The notes below the pieces were generated by a model. The model had not been told where the DNA came from. It did not search any database and saw only the letters and a program-made list of their open reading frames with translations. Shown here one piece after another: positions 20,781-30,508 of a DNA stretch of 64,000 bases. Positions within the stretch are counted from its first letter, which is position 1. Each line of letters opens with the position of its first letter. Made by a program: the position numbers and the translations under genes. The DNA is from Acidobacteriota bacterium (lineage in GTDB: Bacteria > Acidobacteriota > UBA890 > WLXD01), in assembly GCA_963666055.2 (NCBI GenBank), contig CAXWPH010000012.1:96001-160000 (forward strand). The letters run 5' to 3'.

Positions 20781-21347
20781 TCAGCACCCTGCTAGGCCGA
20801 GCTCGGGGGCGATGGAGCGCAGCGACTCAACGATGCAGGCCACGTGCTCCTTCATGTCAACACCAAGCTCGGCGGCGCCGGCGCGCAGATGCTCGCGATC
20901 GATGGCGCGACAGAACGCCTTGTCCTTGAGCTTCTTGATGATCGACTTCACCGGAAGATCGACCACCGACTTGCTCGGACGCACCAGCGCCACCGCGACG
21001 ATGAGCCCTACGAGCTCGTCCACGGCGTAGAGCGTCTGGTCGAGGCGGCTCGTACGCTCGACGCCGGTATGATCGGAGTGCCCCAGAATCGCGTGAACGA
21101 TCTCCTCCGCGTAACCGAGCTCGCGTAGGATCCTGGCACCCACGTAGGGGTGCTCCTCCAAAGAAGGGTGCTCCTCGTAATCGAAGTCGTGCAGCAGCCC
21201 GACAACCCCCCACAACTCCTCGTCCTCTTGGAAGCGCCGCGCGTAGCCGCGCATGGCAGCTTCCACGCCAAGGGCGTGCTTGACGAGATTGGCGTTCTGC
21301 GTGTGCTCGCTGAGCAACGCCCAGGCCTGCTGCCGCGTCGGGACCAT
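20781..21347 (-). CDS. HD(IG)-domain phosphohydrolase
   Basis: KHALGVE, GLLHDFDYE, AILGH, AVDEL. Confidence 0.9.
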   Translation of the reverse strand: MVPTRQQAWALLSEHTQNANLVKHALGVEAAMRGYARRFQEDEELWGVVGLLHDFDYEEHPSLEEHPYVGARILRELGYAEEIVHAILGHSDHTGVERTSRLDQTLYAVDELVGLIVAVALVRPSKSVVDLPVKSIIKKLKDKAFCRAIDREHLRAGAAELGVDMKEHVACIVESLRSIAPELGLAGC

Positions 21348-21363
21348 CGCGGTCGAGGTAAGG

Positions 21364-22458
21364 CTACTGGATGGCGCCGAAGCCGCCGAGCGGGTTCTCG
21401 AGGCTCACGACTGTGGTGCCGTCGCGCGACAGAAGAGCATAGCCGTCCATGACCACCTGGATATTGTCGTCGGACTCGAGTTGTCGTAGATCACTTGGGG
21501 TGAATGGACGCAGCGTACCGCGAGCCACGACGTCCTGGCCACCCAGGCGATCGAGCGCCCAATACCATTCCGACAGCAAGCGCGAATTGAAGAAAATCTG
21601 CGCCCTCCGGCCTTCCCCGTCCTCGACAACAAAGTACGGAGCACGCTCGACGAAACGCTTCTCAGTGAGTCGCACGTCGTACAGATCGACGGTGCCACCG
21701 GCCAACCGCTGAACGGTCTGAATATAAGTGGTGTCGTTCGCCAACTCCTCGAGGGCCGCCGGCATGCCCAACGGATGCACGCTGGCGGCGAAGCGCAGCT
21801 CATCTGCCGGAATGTACGGCATCAGGATTTCGTTGCCATCCACGAGCACGCGCATGAACTCGAGAGCGTCGAGCTCCTCCTTCGTAAACAGCTCCTCGTC
21901 GTTGCGATCGAGTGCCGGATTCTGCGGTACCCATCCAAGTGGGCTCTCGTAGAGGCCATTGACCCGGAGATCGATAGTCTGCCCGACCGTTATGGCAAGC
22001 AGATCGAGGTTCTCTCCGGGAATGATGATTTGCCCGGCAGGGGGCGGCCCTTCTTGCTGAAACGTGAGCGTCGGCTCGGCATCGGCGGCACCTTGATCCT
22101 CAGCGGCGCTCTCGTCGCCAGCCCCTTCATCCCCGGTCGCCGCCGGGACCGCGACCGGCGTCGTCGCCGGCGCTGCGGTGTCGGCGTCCACCAGCATGAT
22201 CGAGTCCTGGTCAATGTGCTCGACCCGCAGCCCGGTGACCACGACCTCGATGCTCGGCGGCGGGGCACTCAGCGCGTGCAGCATGAACGGCCGCGGATGG
22301 CTCGGGCTTGCAAGATACTCGGCCAAGGTCAGCTGCTGCGGTGACTTCAAGTAGAAGTTGGTGAAGTACGGTACCGCGAAGATGTAGTAGCCGAAGGCCA
22401 CCGCTAGTAAGAGCAGGAGCCAGTTGAGGGGATCTGTGACGAATGTTTTGAGCGCCAT
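21364..22458 (-). CDS. Membrane-anchored acidic hypothetical protein
   Basis: 364-aa ORF with an N-terminal TM helix and GC-biased codon usage, co-oriented with its neighbours. Confidence 0.7.
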   Translation of the reverse strand: MALKTFVTDPLNWLLLLLAVAFGYYIFAVPYFTNFYLKSPQQLTLAEYLASPSHPRPFMLHALSAPPPSIEVVVTGLRVEHIDQDSIMLVDADTAAPATTPVAVPAATGDEGAGDESAAEDQGAADAEPTLTFQQEGPPPAGQIIIPGENLDLLAITVGQTIDLRVNGLYESPLGWVPQNPALDRNDEELFTKEELDALEFMRVLVDGNEILMPYIPADELRFAASVHPLGMPAALEELANDTTYIQTVQRLAGGTVDLYDVRLTEKRFVERAPYFVVEDGEGRRAQIFFNSRLLSEWYWALDRLGGQDVVARGTLRPFTPSDLRQLESDDNIQVVMDGYALLSRDGTTVVSLENPLGGFGAIQ

Positions 22459-22603
22459 CGGGCCGTTCCGCAGGACGTGATGCTGGGTTTCGTGGGATTG
22501 CTAGCTTTGGTCTTCCCTGGCAGAGACGCCAGCGGGGTGTTTCGAGGCTGGCGCATTATAAGCGCCGATACGGAGGCGTGTCGAGTTGCGGATAGCAATC
22601 ACC

Positions 22604-23676
22604 TCACGCGGAACGCGCGAAGCGGATGACATCGTTCCGCTTGCCCAGGATGATCAGAGTTGAGCCCACCTCCAAACAATAATCGGGCGACGGATCGAAC
22701 AAGAAATCGCCGTCAGTGTTCAGAATGCCCACAACGATCACACCGAAGTCGTGCCGCAGGTTGCAATCCAGGATGGATTTGCCGATCAACCCGAGCCGGT
22801 CGAGATACTGAGCTCCTCGAGCTGCAGGTCCAGTCCGAAGCTGGCGGTGACGATCTCGGTGAAATCCACCGTGTGAGGGCGCGTCACGGAGTTCGACATC
22901 GACCGGGCGCCAATACGCTCTGGCGACACCACTCGATCAGCTCCTGCGGCAAGCAGCCGTCGCTCACCCTGCTCGGTGACACTGCGCGCGATGATCTGCA
23001 GTCCGACGCAAAGATCGCGCGCCAGGAGGGTCACGTAAACGTTGTCGGCCTCGTGCGAGAGGGTTAGCAACAAGCCCGCTGCTCGCTCGATCCCTGCTGC
23101 TCGCAACACGCTCTCCTCCACGGCGTCGCCGCGCAAGTGTGGCACGCCAGTGGCGTCGAGATCGCCGAGAGCTTCCTCATTGATGTCGACCACCAACACG
23201 GGGACCCCGTCTGCCAAGAGGTGTCGACACGCCTCACGCCCGACTCGGCCATAGCCGCAGATAATGTGGTGGTTGGCGATGCGCGAGATCTCCTTGTCCA
23301 TCCTTCTCCTCCCGACCACACGGCGCAGATCCCCTTCGATCGCCAGGCGCGAGAACATCGCGGCGACGTACAGAAAGGCACTCGCTCCGGTAAGGATCAA
23401 GACCATGGTGAGGACCCGCCCCCCGGTGCTCAGTGGCCGCACCTCCTGGAAGCCGACGGTGCTCAACGTCAAGATGACCATGTACAAGCTGTCGACGAGC
23501 GTCCAGCCCTCGACGAGCACGTAACCGACGGTACCGGCGATCAGGATGAAGGCGATCACCGCAAGGCCTAGGCGCGCTGCTTGCAGGCGCCGACGGTACT
23601 CTACGTCGCTGCTACCGTACGGCGGCCGGCCACCGGGGGACGCGGTTGAATCCAAGCGTTCAGCCGGGCTCACCAT
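22604..23676 (-). pseudogene. TrkA/RCK-gated potassium channel (MthK-like) interrupted by a 1-nt frameshift near 22790
   Basis: Two TM helices with TLSTVGF filter and GYGRVG RCK_N; RCK_C (LIGKSILDCNLRHDFGVIVVGI) continues in another frame as 22604..22789. Confidence 0.8.
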
Positions 23677-24142
23677 CGTGGATCGTGCGGAAACTCAGAA
23701 CCTCGTAGTTGCGGCTGCCCCTGGGTGTTTGAACCGTGATCTCGTCGCCGTCCACCTTGCCGGCAAGCGCTTGGCCGATTGGTGAGGTGATCGAGATACG
23801 GCCCGCTTTCGGGTCGGTCTCGTCGCCGGAAACGAGCGCGTACGAGATCTCTTCGTCGTTGTCGAGGTCAAGCAACTCCACCGTCGAGCCGAAACCGATC
23901 GTGTCGCGAGAAATCATCTCGGTGTTCATGTTCGAGATGGCCTGCCGTTTTTGGTAAAGGCGCAGGAGCAGGGCGGTGACCGTGTCCTTACGATCCTTCG
24001 CCGCTTCATGCTCAGCGTTCTCGCTCAGATCACCGTGCGCGGCGGCTTCGGCCAGCTGGCGCGGCAACTCGACCTTGAGCTCGCGCTCCAAGGCGCTGAT
24101 TTCGACGGCGAGGTTCTTCAGTAGGTCTTCACGAATGCCCAT
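23660..24142 (-). CDS. greA: Transcription elongation factor GreA/GreB family
   Basis: HGDLSENAEH and ISITSPIGQAL motifs. Confidence 0.93.
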   Translation of the reverse strand: MGIREDLLKNLAVEISALERELKVELPRQLAEAAAHGDLSENAEHEAAKDRKDTVTALLLRLYQKRQAISNMNTEMISRDTIGFGSTVELLDLDNDEEISYALVSGDETDPKAGRISITSPIGQALAGKVDGDEITVQTPRGSRNYEVLSFRTIHDGEPG

Positions 24143-24220
24143 CGGCGGGTCCTGATTTGGCTAGAAGGTTGCGGATTTGGCAGCTCGATCGCCAGCCGCA
24201 AGGTTGGCAGACCGGCGCGC

Positions 24221-25276
24221 TCAGCGTCGGACGCGCGCCAAGGCGACGACGACAGCCGGCAAGGTGTTGTCGAGGTGAAGGGCTTGCCTGTAGGCCGTCT
24301 CCGCACCAGCTAACCGGTCCTGCATTTCCAGCGACAGGCCGAGGTTATACCAAGCACCAGCATCTCGGGCACGGTGTTCGATCACATGGCGGAAAACCCG
24401 TTCGGCGGTCTCGTAGTCTTGCAACAGAAGCGCCGTGGTACCGCTGGTGACCCAGCCATCCAGATCATCGGGGTGGCGGCTCAGGTGCTCAGCCAGCACC
24501 TCGGCGGCCCTCGCTGGCTGATCGTTCGCGATAAGGGCCCGCGCCAAGTCATAGCGTGCATATCGGTAGTCTGGCTGAAGATCCAGAGCGTGGCGGAATT
24601 CGCCAATCGCATCCGCGTAGCGCTCGTCCAAGTACGCCGTGATGCCGCGATGTGTCCAGTACGCCGGATTGTCGGGCTCCGGCGCGCCGACACGCACCGT
24701 CGAGCCCACAAGATACCCATGCTGCGGTTGATCCTCCGGCAAGGACTCGGGCGGAGCCTCTGTGTAGAGCGTGTCGATTCCGTCGATGAGCGCTGGTTGG
24801 AGCACGCGCACGAACACTTCGGTCAGAAACAGCTGGTAGCGGCCGGCCTGTGCAACTCCGAGACCAACGTGCGTAAACGCCGGATCAAGACGATTCAGGC
24901 GATGTCCGTCGCTCGCCTGCAGAGCCGTATTCAACGCCTCGACGGTCCCGTCGAGAGCAACGTTCTCGCCGAACTGAAACACGCGTGGAAACGCCAATTT
25001 GACGCGCGTCTCAGTACTCACTCCGTAGCGATGTGAGTAGTGGGTCACGACACCGCTGGCCGCCATCTCTCGGCTGTGCTGGTACGCCAACAGGTCCAGA
25101 TCCGGGTGACCCTGCAGCTCGGTAACAGCCGCGGCGGTGCGCGCCACGTTCAACAGCTCTAGCAGCTCGCGACCTAGCCGACTCTCGTTCTCTGTTGGAT
25201 ACGCCACCTCGCTCGTCTGCGCAGAGATCGCCGTGCAGGCGATCGTAGCGCACACGCAAGCGGCCAGGCAGGTCAT
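24221..25276 (-). CDS. Secreted CAP (SCP) domain plus TPR protein
   Basis: LNVAR, HSREMA, GENVA, SDGHRLN, HVGLG CAP motifs; C-terminal TPRs (AWYNLG). Confidence 0.82.
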   Translation of the reverse strand: MTCLAACVCATIACTAISAQTSEVAYPTENESRLGRELLELLNVARTAAAVTELQGHPDLDLLAYQHSREMAASGVVTHYSHRYGVSTETRVKLAFPRVFQFGENVALDGTVEALNTALQASDGHRLNRLDPAFTHVGLGVAQAGRYQLFLTEVFVRVLQPALIDGIDTLYTEAPPESLPEDQPQHGYLVGSTVRVGAPEPDNPAYWTHRGITAYLDERYADAIGEFRHALDLQPDYRYARYDLARALIANDQPARAAEVLAEHLSRHPDDLDGWVTSGTTALLLQDYETAERVFRHVIEHRARDAGAWYNLGLSLEMQDRLAGAETAYRQALHLDNTLPAVVVALARVRR

Positions 25277-25725
25277 GAGAAAAACAGCGCCACGCAACCG
25301 CAGGCGAGGTTGAATTGCATGCTCAGCACGGAAGCGCGATGCAGCTGGTTAAACTGCCGACTATCGGCAGCATGGCCCTCTTCACGCAGGCGGCGGATGC
25401 GCGGCGAGACGACGCGGGCGGAATAGAAGGCGCTAGCGCTCATCATGGCGATGCAAACGTACTCGATGGCGTACCAGGGAGACAGCCGGCCAAACCAGAC
25501 CACCAACAATGGGCTGGTAATCAACAACAGCAGTATGCACCCCATCACGACGACGTCGAAACGACGAAACACCGCCGCCATGATGCGACCAGCCTCCGGG
25601 CGGCTCGAGGCGTCGCGAAATACCGCCGGCGCAGCAACAGCACCGAGGGTGACAATCCCACCGATCCAGACGCCGAGAGCGGCGGTATGCAAGAAATGGA
25701 GTATGAGGTAGGTCCAGTTCGGCAT
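25273..25725 (-). CDS. DUF4149-like membrane protein
   Basis: Four TM segments, WIGG, VAAPAVF, FNQLHRAS. Confidence 0.75.
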   Translation of the reverse strand: MPNWTYLILHFLHTAALGVWIGGIVTLGAVAAPAVFRDASSRPEAGRIMAAVFRRFDVVVMGCILLLLITSPLLVVWFGRLSPWYAIEYVCIAMMSASAFYSARVVSPRIRRLREEGHAADSRQFNQLHRASVLSMQFNLACGCVALFFS

Positions 25726-25774
25726 CGTCTCGTACCTCCGATGGGCGCCGCAGGCCCCGGTGACCGGCGCAGCT

Positions 25775-27490
25775 TCAGCCAGTCGAGCCTATCAGCGCCA
25801 AGAACTCATCGACGTTCCGCGTATTCGCCACCTGTTGTGCGGTCAGCCCCGCACGACGCGCCGTCGCCACCCCCAACCGCATGTGACCCAACCCGGCGAC
25901 GTCGTGGGCATCCGTGGATATCACCACGTCGGCACCGACCTCGACTGCTCGGCGGAGGTGATCGTCGCAGAGGTCGAGACGCTGCGGGTGGGCGTTGCAC
26001 TCGAGTAGTACGCCGCGATCGCGGGCGGCGACGAAGACACGCTCCAAGGATATGGCGTACGGCTCACGACGCAGCAGGCGGCGTCCGGTCGGGTGAGCCA
26101 AGATGTGTACGTTGCGGTTGTCGAGCGCTCGCAGCAATCGCGCCGTCATCTCCTCGCGCTCCTGATCCATTTGCGAATGCACCGCAGCAACGACGATCTC
26201 GGCATCCGCAAGACAAGCGCCGTCGAGATCGAGTGTACCGTCATCGAGAATATCGACCTCTACCCCGCGCAAGAGGCGGAACGCTCCGAGCCGGCTGTTT
26301 AGTTGCTCCACCTCGGCCCACTGGCGGGCAAGTCGACCCGCGTCCAGTCCCCCGGGCATTCGCCTTGAATGGTCGGTGACCGCGGCGTACTGGTAGCCTC
26401 GTTGCACTGCGGCCGAGACCATGGCCGCCAAATCAGCGCGCCCGTCGCTCGCGGTGGTGTGCATTTGGCAATCGCCATGCACATCGTCAAGCTCCACGAG
26501 CGCCGCAAGACCGCCAGCCGCCGCTGCCTCCAGAGTGCCCACTTGGTCGCGGAGCTCCGGCGGGATCACCGGCAAGCCGGCGGCCGCATAAACGCACTCC
26601 TCGGTTGCCGCTTCGCCTGGTTCGGCGCTGCCGGCCGCTGGGTCGGTGTTGTCGGCTGTGCGGACGAGGCGCTGCTCTGCGAGGCGACGTACGGCGCGAG
26701 TGTGTTCGTCGGAGCCGGTAGCCAAGTGCCAAAGGCTTCCGAAGGACGCCGGCCCGGCGACGCGAAGGTCGACGACTGTTCCGTCGCCGAGCCGCACACG
26801 CGCCCGGTCGCTGTCGTGCGACAAGACCTGCTCGACGTCGGAACGACTCACGAACCGGTGGACGATCTCGGCCGGCCGGCTCGATGCCGCCACCAGGTCG
26901 ACGCCCACGACGGTCTCCAGGCGACGTCGCACACTACCGGCAATCTCGACGCGCTGCACGCCCGGGAGCTTCGAGAGTTCCTGCTGTAGAGCTTCTGCTC
27001 GCGGCAGCGCATCACCGAGCAGGATGCGTCCATGCTCGTTGCGGCGGCGGTGGAGCGCCCGAAGGATACGCGCCTGCGTTTTCGTGCCGAGTCCTGGTAC
27101 GTCGCGCAGGGCGCCGCTCGCAGCGGCCATCTCGAGACCTTCAAGAGACGCGATGTCCAGCGTGTCAGCTATCGCGCGAGCCCGCTTGGGGCCGATGCCC
27201 GGCAGCCGCACCATCTCCACCAGGCCACCCTCACGACTGGCGAGCAGCTCCGTGTGCTCTCGGCAAACACCAGTGTCGAGCAGCTCCTCGATCTTCGCGG
27301 CGATGCTCTTGCCGACGTGAGGTAGTTCGGCAACGGGGTGGATCTGACGCAGCGATTCGAGAGGCTGGCCGAGCCCGCGGACGGTCTCCCCGGCGAGGCG
27401 GTAGGCACGGACGCGGAACGAGTTAGCGCCCTGGATCTCACGGATGTCGGCGATCTCATCGAGAACGCGGGCGATATCCGCGTTGTGCAG
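25775..27490 (-). CDS. polX: Family X DNA polymerase / PHP nuclease; reading frame open upstream of the listed ORF to a non-canonical start (CTG 27490 or 27508)
   Basis: HNADIA...FRVRAYR, HhH motifs (LPGIGPK), GSVRR, PHP motifs QMHT, TDHS, HPTG, STDAH. Confidence 0.9.
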   Translation of the reverse strand: MHNADIARVLDEIADIREIQGANSFRVRAYRLAGETVRGLGQPLESLRQIHPVAELPHVGKSIAAKIEELLDTGVCREHTELLASREGGLVEMVRLPGIGPKRARAIADTLDIASLEGLEMAAASGALRDVPGLGTKTQARILRALHRRRNEHGRILLGDALPRAEALQQELSKLPGVQRVEIAGSVRRRLETVVGVDLVAASSRPAEIVHRFVSRSDVEQVLSHDSDRARVRLGDGTVVDLRVAGPASFGSLWHLATGSDEHTRAVRRLAEQRLVRTADNTDPAAGSAEPGEAATEECVYAAAGLPVIPPELRDQVGTLEAAAAGGLAALVELDDVHGDCQMHTTASDGRADLAAMVSAAVQRGYQYAAVTDHSRRMPGGLDAGRLARQWAEVEQLNSRLGAFRLLRGVEVDILDDGTLDLDGACLADAEIVVAAVHSQMDQEREEMTARLLRALDNRNVHILAHPTGRRLLRREPYAISLERVFVAARDRGVLLECNAHPQRLDLCDDHLRRAVEVGADVVISTDAHDVAGLGHMRLGVATARRAGLTAQQVANTRNVDEFLALIGSTG

Positions 27491-27504
27491 AATCCCGCGG
27501 CCGG

Positions 27505-30306
27505 TCAGCGGCCGTCGGGCTCAACGCCGTAGTAACCCTCGCGCACCTGTACCCAGACTCCCGGCCTTCCCTTGACCTCAACACGCAACCTTCGCCAGTT
27601 GCCATCGTAGCGGCTATTGGTGGGGTAGTACGAGAGCGCGTACTGGCTGTTGAGCTCGTCGGCGATGAGACCGTAGATCTCCTCGAGTTCTTGGAGGGCG
27701 ATGGGGAAATAGGAGGCGCCGCCGGTAGCATCGGCGATTGCCCGCAGCTGTTCGACTCCCCGCTTCACTGCGCCGCTCGCATCGCCGAACGCGGTGCCCT
27801 CCTGCATCAGCTGAAGGCCGATGGTATAGACGAGAACATCCGATTGGCGAAGGAACTCCAGCACATCCGCGTAGGCCATCTTGCTGTTGGTGTCGAGCCC
27901 GTCCGACAACACCACCAACGCGCGCTTTCCGGTGCGCCGATCGAGCTTGCGAATCGACTCGGCCAGCGTATCGAAGAGCGCCGTGCTTCCATCCGGGTCG
28001 ATTGCCTCCAGCGCCGCTATCAACGCGTCCTTGTCATGCGTGAAATCAGCGTAGAGCCAAAGACGGTCATTGAAACCAAGAATCATGGCCCGGTTGATGT
28101 CGCTCACCAGGGCTTCGACAAGGCGTAGCCCGCCGGCCCGCTCGGCGCGCACGCCGCCGCCCAGCATGCTGCTGCTCTGATCGAGCGAGATGGCCGCCGA
28201 AACTGGAACTTCGCCGAAATCGAACTGCACGATCTTCTGGTCCGCCCCGTCTTCCGTCAGCCGGAAATCCTCCGGTGTCAGGTCGCGCACGAGACGGCCT
28301 GCGGAGTCGCGCACGGTAGCGTGTAGGGTCACCAGGTTGACGGTCGCGCCGAAGGAGACCGTGGCCCGATCGAGCACCACATCGTCGCTGGCGACGCGGT
28401 CGCCGGCTACCGCAACCGCCCGTATGACAAAAACCTCTTCGTCGTCGGGAAAGCTCCACGAAACTCGGAAAGGCTCGTCCTCCGCGGATCCGACACGCCG
28501 GTCGTTGACATAGAAGTCGACTCGCTCGGCCGGCCGGTTTCCGAGCACATCGGCGACGAGCTCGACGTCCCCGATGGGCAACGTGCCCGGTGCAGGAGAC
28601 CGGATCCGGACGCGGAACGTATCTCCCTCGGTGGCTATTTCTTCGACCGCCGCGCCGCCCGCGCCGTCGACGCCCGCGCCATTCGACGGCGTGCCCAACC
28701 CGCTCGAGAACCGGGTCACCGCTGCTGTGGACCGCTCCTCGGGCTCGTCGCTCAAGATGGCAGTAGTCTCGGCGATGGTCGGCGGGAGACGGTAGATGCC
28801 ACGTCGGGCCCGACGTGGCGCCTCCGGTGCATCGCGCACCACGACGTAGGAGTTGATGGCGCCGGGTGGGCGCGCCACGATCCGGTCCGTCAGGTCCTCG
28901 ACGCTGCCCGCTTCCCAAAACCTCGCCACCACCCGCGCGTGGCCGGTGCCGCGATTCGGGTATCCGAGCGACTCGTCGAGCAGGCGCGTTTCGCGCGGGC
29001 CCAGGTTCACGAAGTAGGCGCGCTGCACGCGCTCCGGACGATGGAACCATTCGGCACTAATCAACACGCCGACACCGGTGGCTCGATCGGTACGATTCGT
29101 GATCCTCAACTGAAACGGCTCGATTCGTTGCTGTGCCTCGTCCAGCACCATCGCGGCGGAGAACCGCAACTCCCCGACCGTGAAGCGCTCGTCGAAGGCG
29201 AAGAACCGACGGATCTTGTCGGCATCGCCAAAGCCGTGGCTGTTGTTGGAGCGGTTCACATCGGGGATCAGGCGGTTCGGATCGACGGCCACACTGACCG
29301 GAACACAGGGCAACTCCATCTCGAACGACTCGTCGTCCATACCTGCCGCCACAGATTCCGTGATCACCTGACCGTCCGGACAGCGCACCTGAACTGTTAG
29401 GGGCACCGGGAACGGCACCTCGCGCAGCAGCCGGGCGCGCAGCCGGGTATCACCTTCTCGAAGGCTGACCCGGTCGATGCCCACATCGAAGGTCACCGTT
29501 GGCTTGAGCCAGTCGCGCACCACGACATCCGGGTCGGGCTGACGCTCGCGGCCAATGGCGTCGATGATCGCCGCCAAGTTCACCGAGGGTCGGGAAACCA
29601 TCTGGCCGATCGCAGAAGTGACCGCATCGGCACCGTACAGTCCCTCCAGCAGCTTGAAGGTGGCGTAGGCCTTGCCCCGCGCGGCGTCGGTGAGCACCCT
29701 CTCCGACAGATCAACCGGGCGCCGACTCTGGGCAGCGCGTGTGAAGTTCGCCTCGATGCCATATAGCACCGGAGTGGTCGACTTGAGATCACGGTAGATC
29801 CGGTCGGTGAGGTACAGCGCCGCGCCTTCGGTCCACCATGGCGCATCACTGCCCGGCGCTCCCATGGCAACTCGCGCCACCACGTAGGCGCCGAGCCAGC
29901 GTGCGTAGCCGAGGGCGTGGGCAGCACCGAAGTCCTGCAGCAACAGGGGTACGTTGGTGTGCATGACGACGACCGCCTCCCGGCCTTCGCCGCGCACCTC
30001 CACGACCCCGTCGGCGCTACTGCCCGGCCCGGAAGCCGTCGGCTCCCAGCGGATCGTGCCCGCCGGCACGGGCACCCCGGTCAGCTCCGCGATGCGGGTT
30101 GCCGCCACGTCGGCGAACGATGCCAGGTTGATCGCCCAGTCGCGCCACGGCTCGGGATACTCGAACCGAATCGGCGCGTTGGACAGGTACAGGGTCGCCG
30201 CCTGCGCCGCTGATGGCGCTGCCGCCCCCGAGATACTAGGCGCCGATATCGCCACCAGCGCTGCACACGCGACGGCGCGGCAAAACTCCTTGCGGATATC
30301 CATCAT
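27505..30306 (-). CDS. Large secreted protein: M1-peptidase-like N-terminal region, Ig-like domain and VWA (VWFA Acidobacterial-type) domain
   Basis: Signal peptide; WWTEGAALY; VDPNRLIPDVNRSNN; VNLVTLHATVRD..GR, MIDAS DQSSS, TALFD, LSDG, QYALSY, VREGYY. Confidence 0.85.
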   Translation of the reverse strand: MMDIRKEFCRAVACAALVAISAPSISGAAAPSAAQAATLYLSNAPIRFEYPEPWRDWAINLASFADVAATRIAELTGVPVPAGTIRWEPTASGPGSSADGVVEVRGEGREAVVVMHTNVPLLLQDFGAAHALGYARWLGAYVVARVAMGAPGSDAPWWTEGAALYLTDRIYRDLKSTTPVLYGIEANFTRAAQSRRPVDLSERVLTDAARGKAYATFKLLEGLYGADAVTSAIGQMVSRPSVNLAAIIDAIGRERQPDPDVVVRDWLKPTVTFDVGIDRVSLREGDTRLRARLLREVPFPVPLTVQVRCPDGQVITESVAAGMDDESFEMELPCVPVSVAVDPNRLIPDVNRSNNSHGFGDADKIRRFFAFDERFTVGELRFSAAMVLDEAQQRIEPFQLRITNRTDRATGVGVLISAEWFHRPERVQRAYFVNLGPRETRLLDESLGYPNRGTGHARVVARFWEAGSVEDLTDRIVARPPGAINSYVVVRDAPEAPRRARRGIYRLPPTIAETTAILSDEPEERSTAAVTRFSSGLGTPSNGAGVDGAGGAAVEEIATEGDTFRVRIRSPAPGTLPIGDVELVADVLGNRPAERVDFYVNDRRVGSAEDEPFRVSWSFPDDEEVFVIRAVAVAGDRVASDDVVLDRATVSFGATVNLVTLHATVRDSAGRLVRDLTPEDFRLTEDGADQKIVQFDFGEVPVSAAISLDQSSSMLGGGVRAERAGGLRLVEALVSDINRAMILGFNDRLWLYADFTHDKDALIAALEAIDPDGSTALFDTLAESIRKLDRRTGKRALVVLSDGLDTNSKMAYADVLEFLRQSDVLVYTIGLQLMQEGTAFGDASGAVKRGVEQLRAIADATGGASYFPIALQELEEIYGLIADELNSQYALSYYPTNSRYDGNWRRLRVEVKGRPGVWVQVREGYYGVEPDGR

Positions 30307-30508
30307 GCGTTCGAGTATAGCATCGGGCCGAAGTGCCAAACCGGGCTTGCGGAAGCGCTCGCGCCCTCACAGGGCTTGCCGCGATACGTCGTATCTTACT
30401 GAAAATAAACGCTTTCCAAAATAGCGCGGATACCTCAGAGGCCCAGCCAGGATGTTGCACGCTTTGCAGCAGCGTCGCCTGCCCGACAGCCGGAACGGAA
30501 TCTGAACG

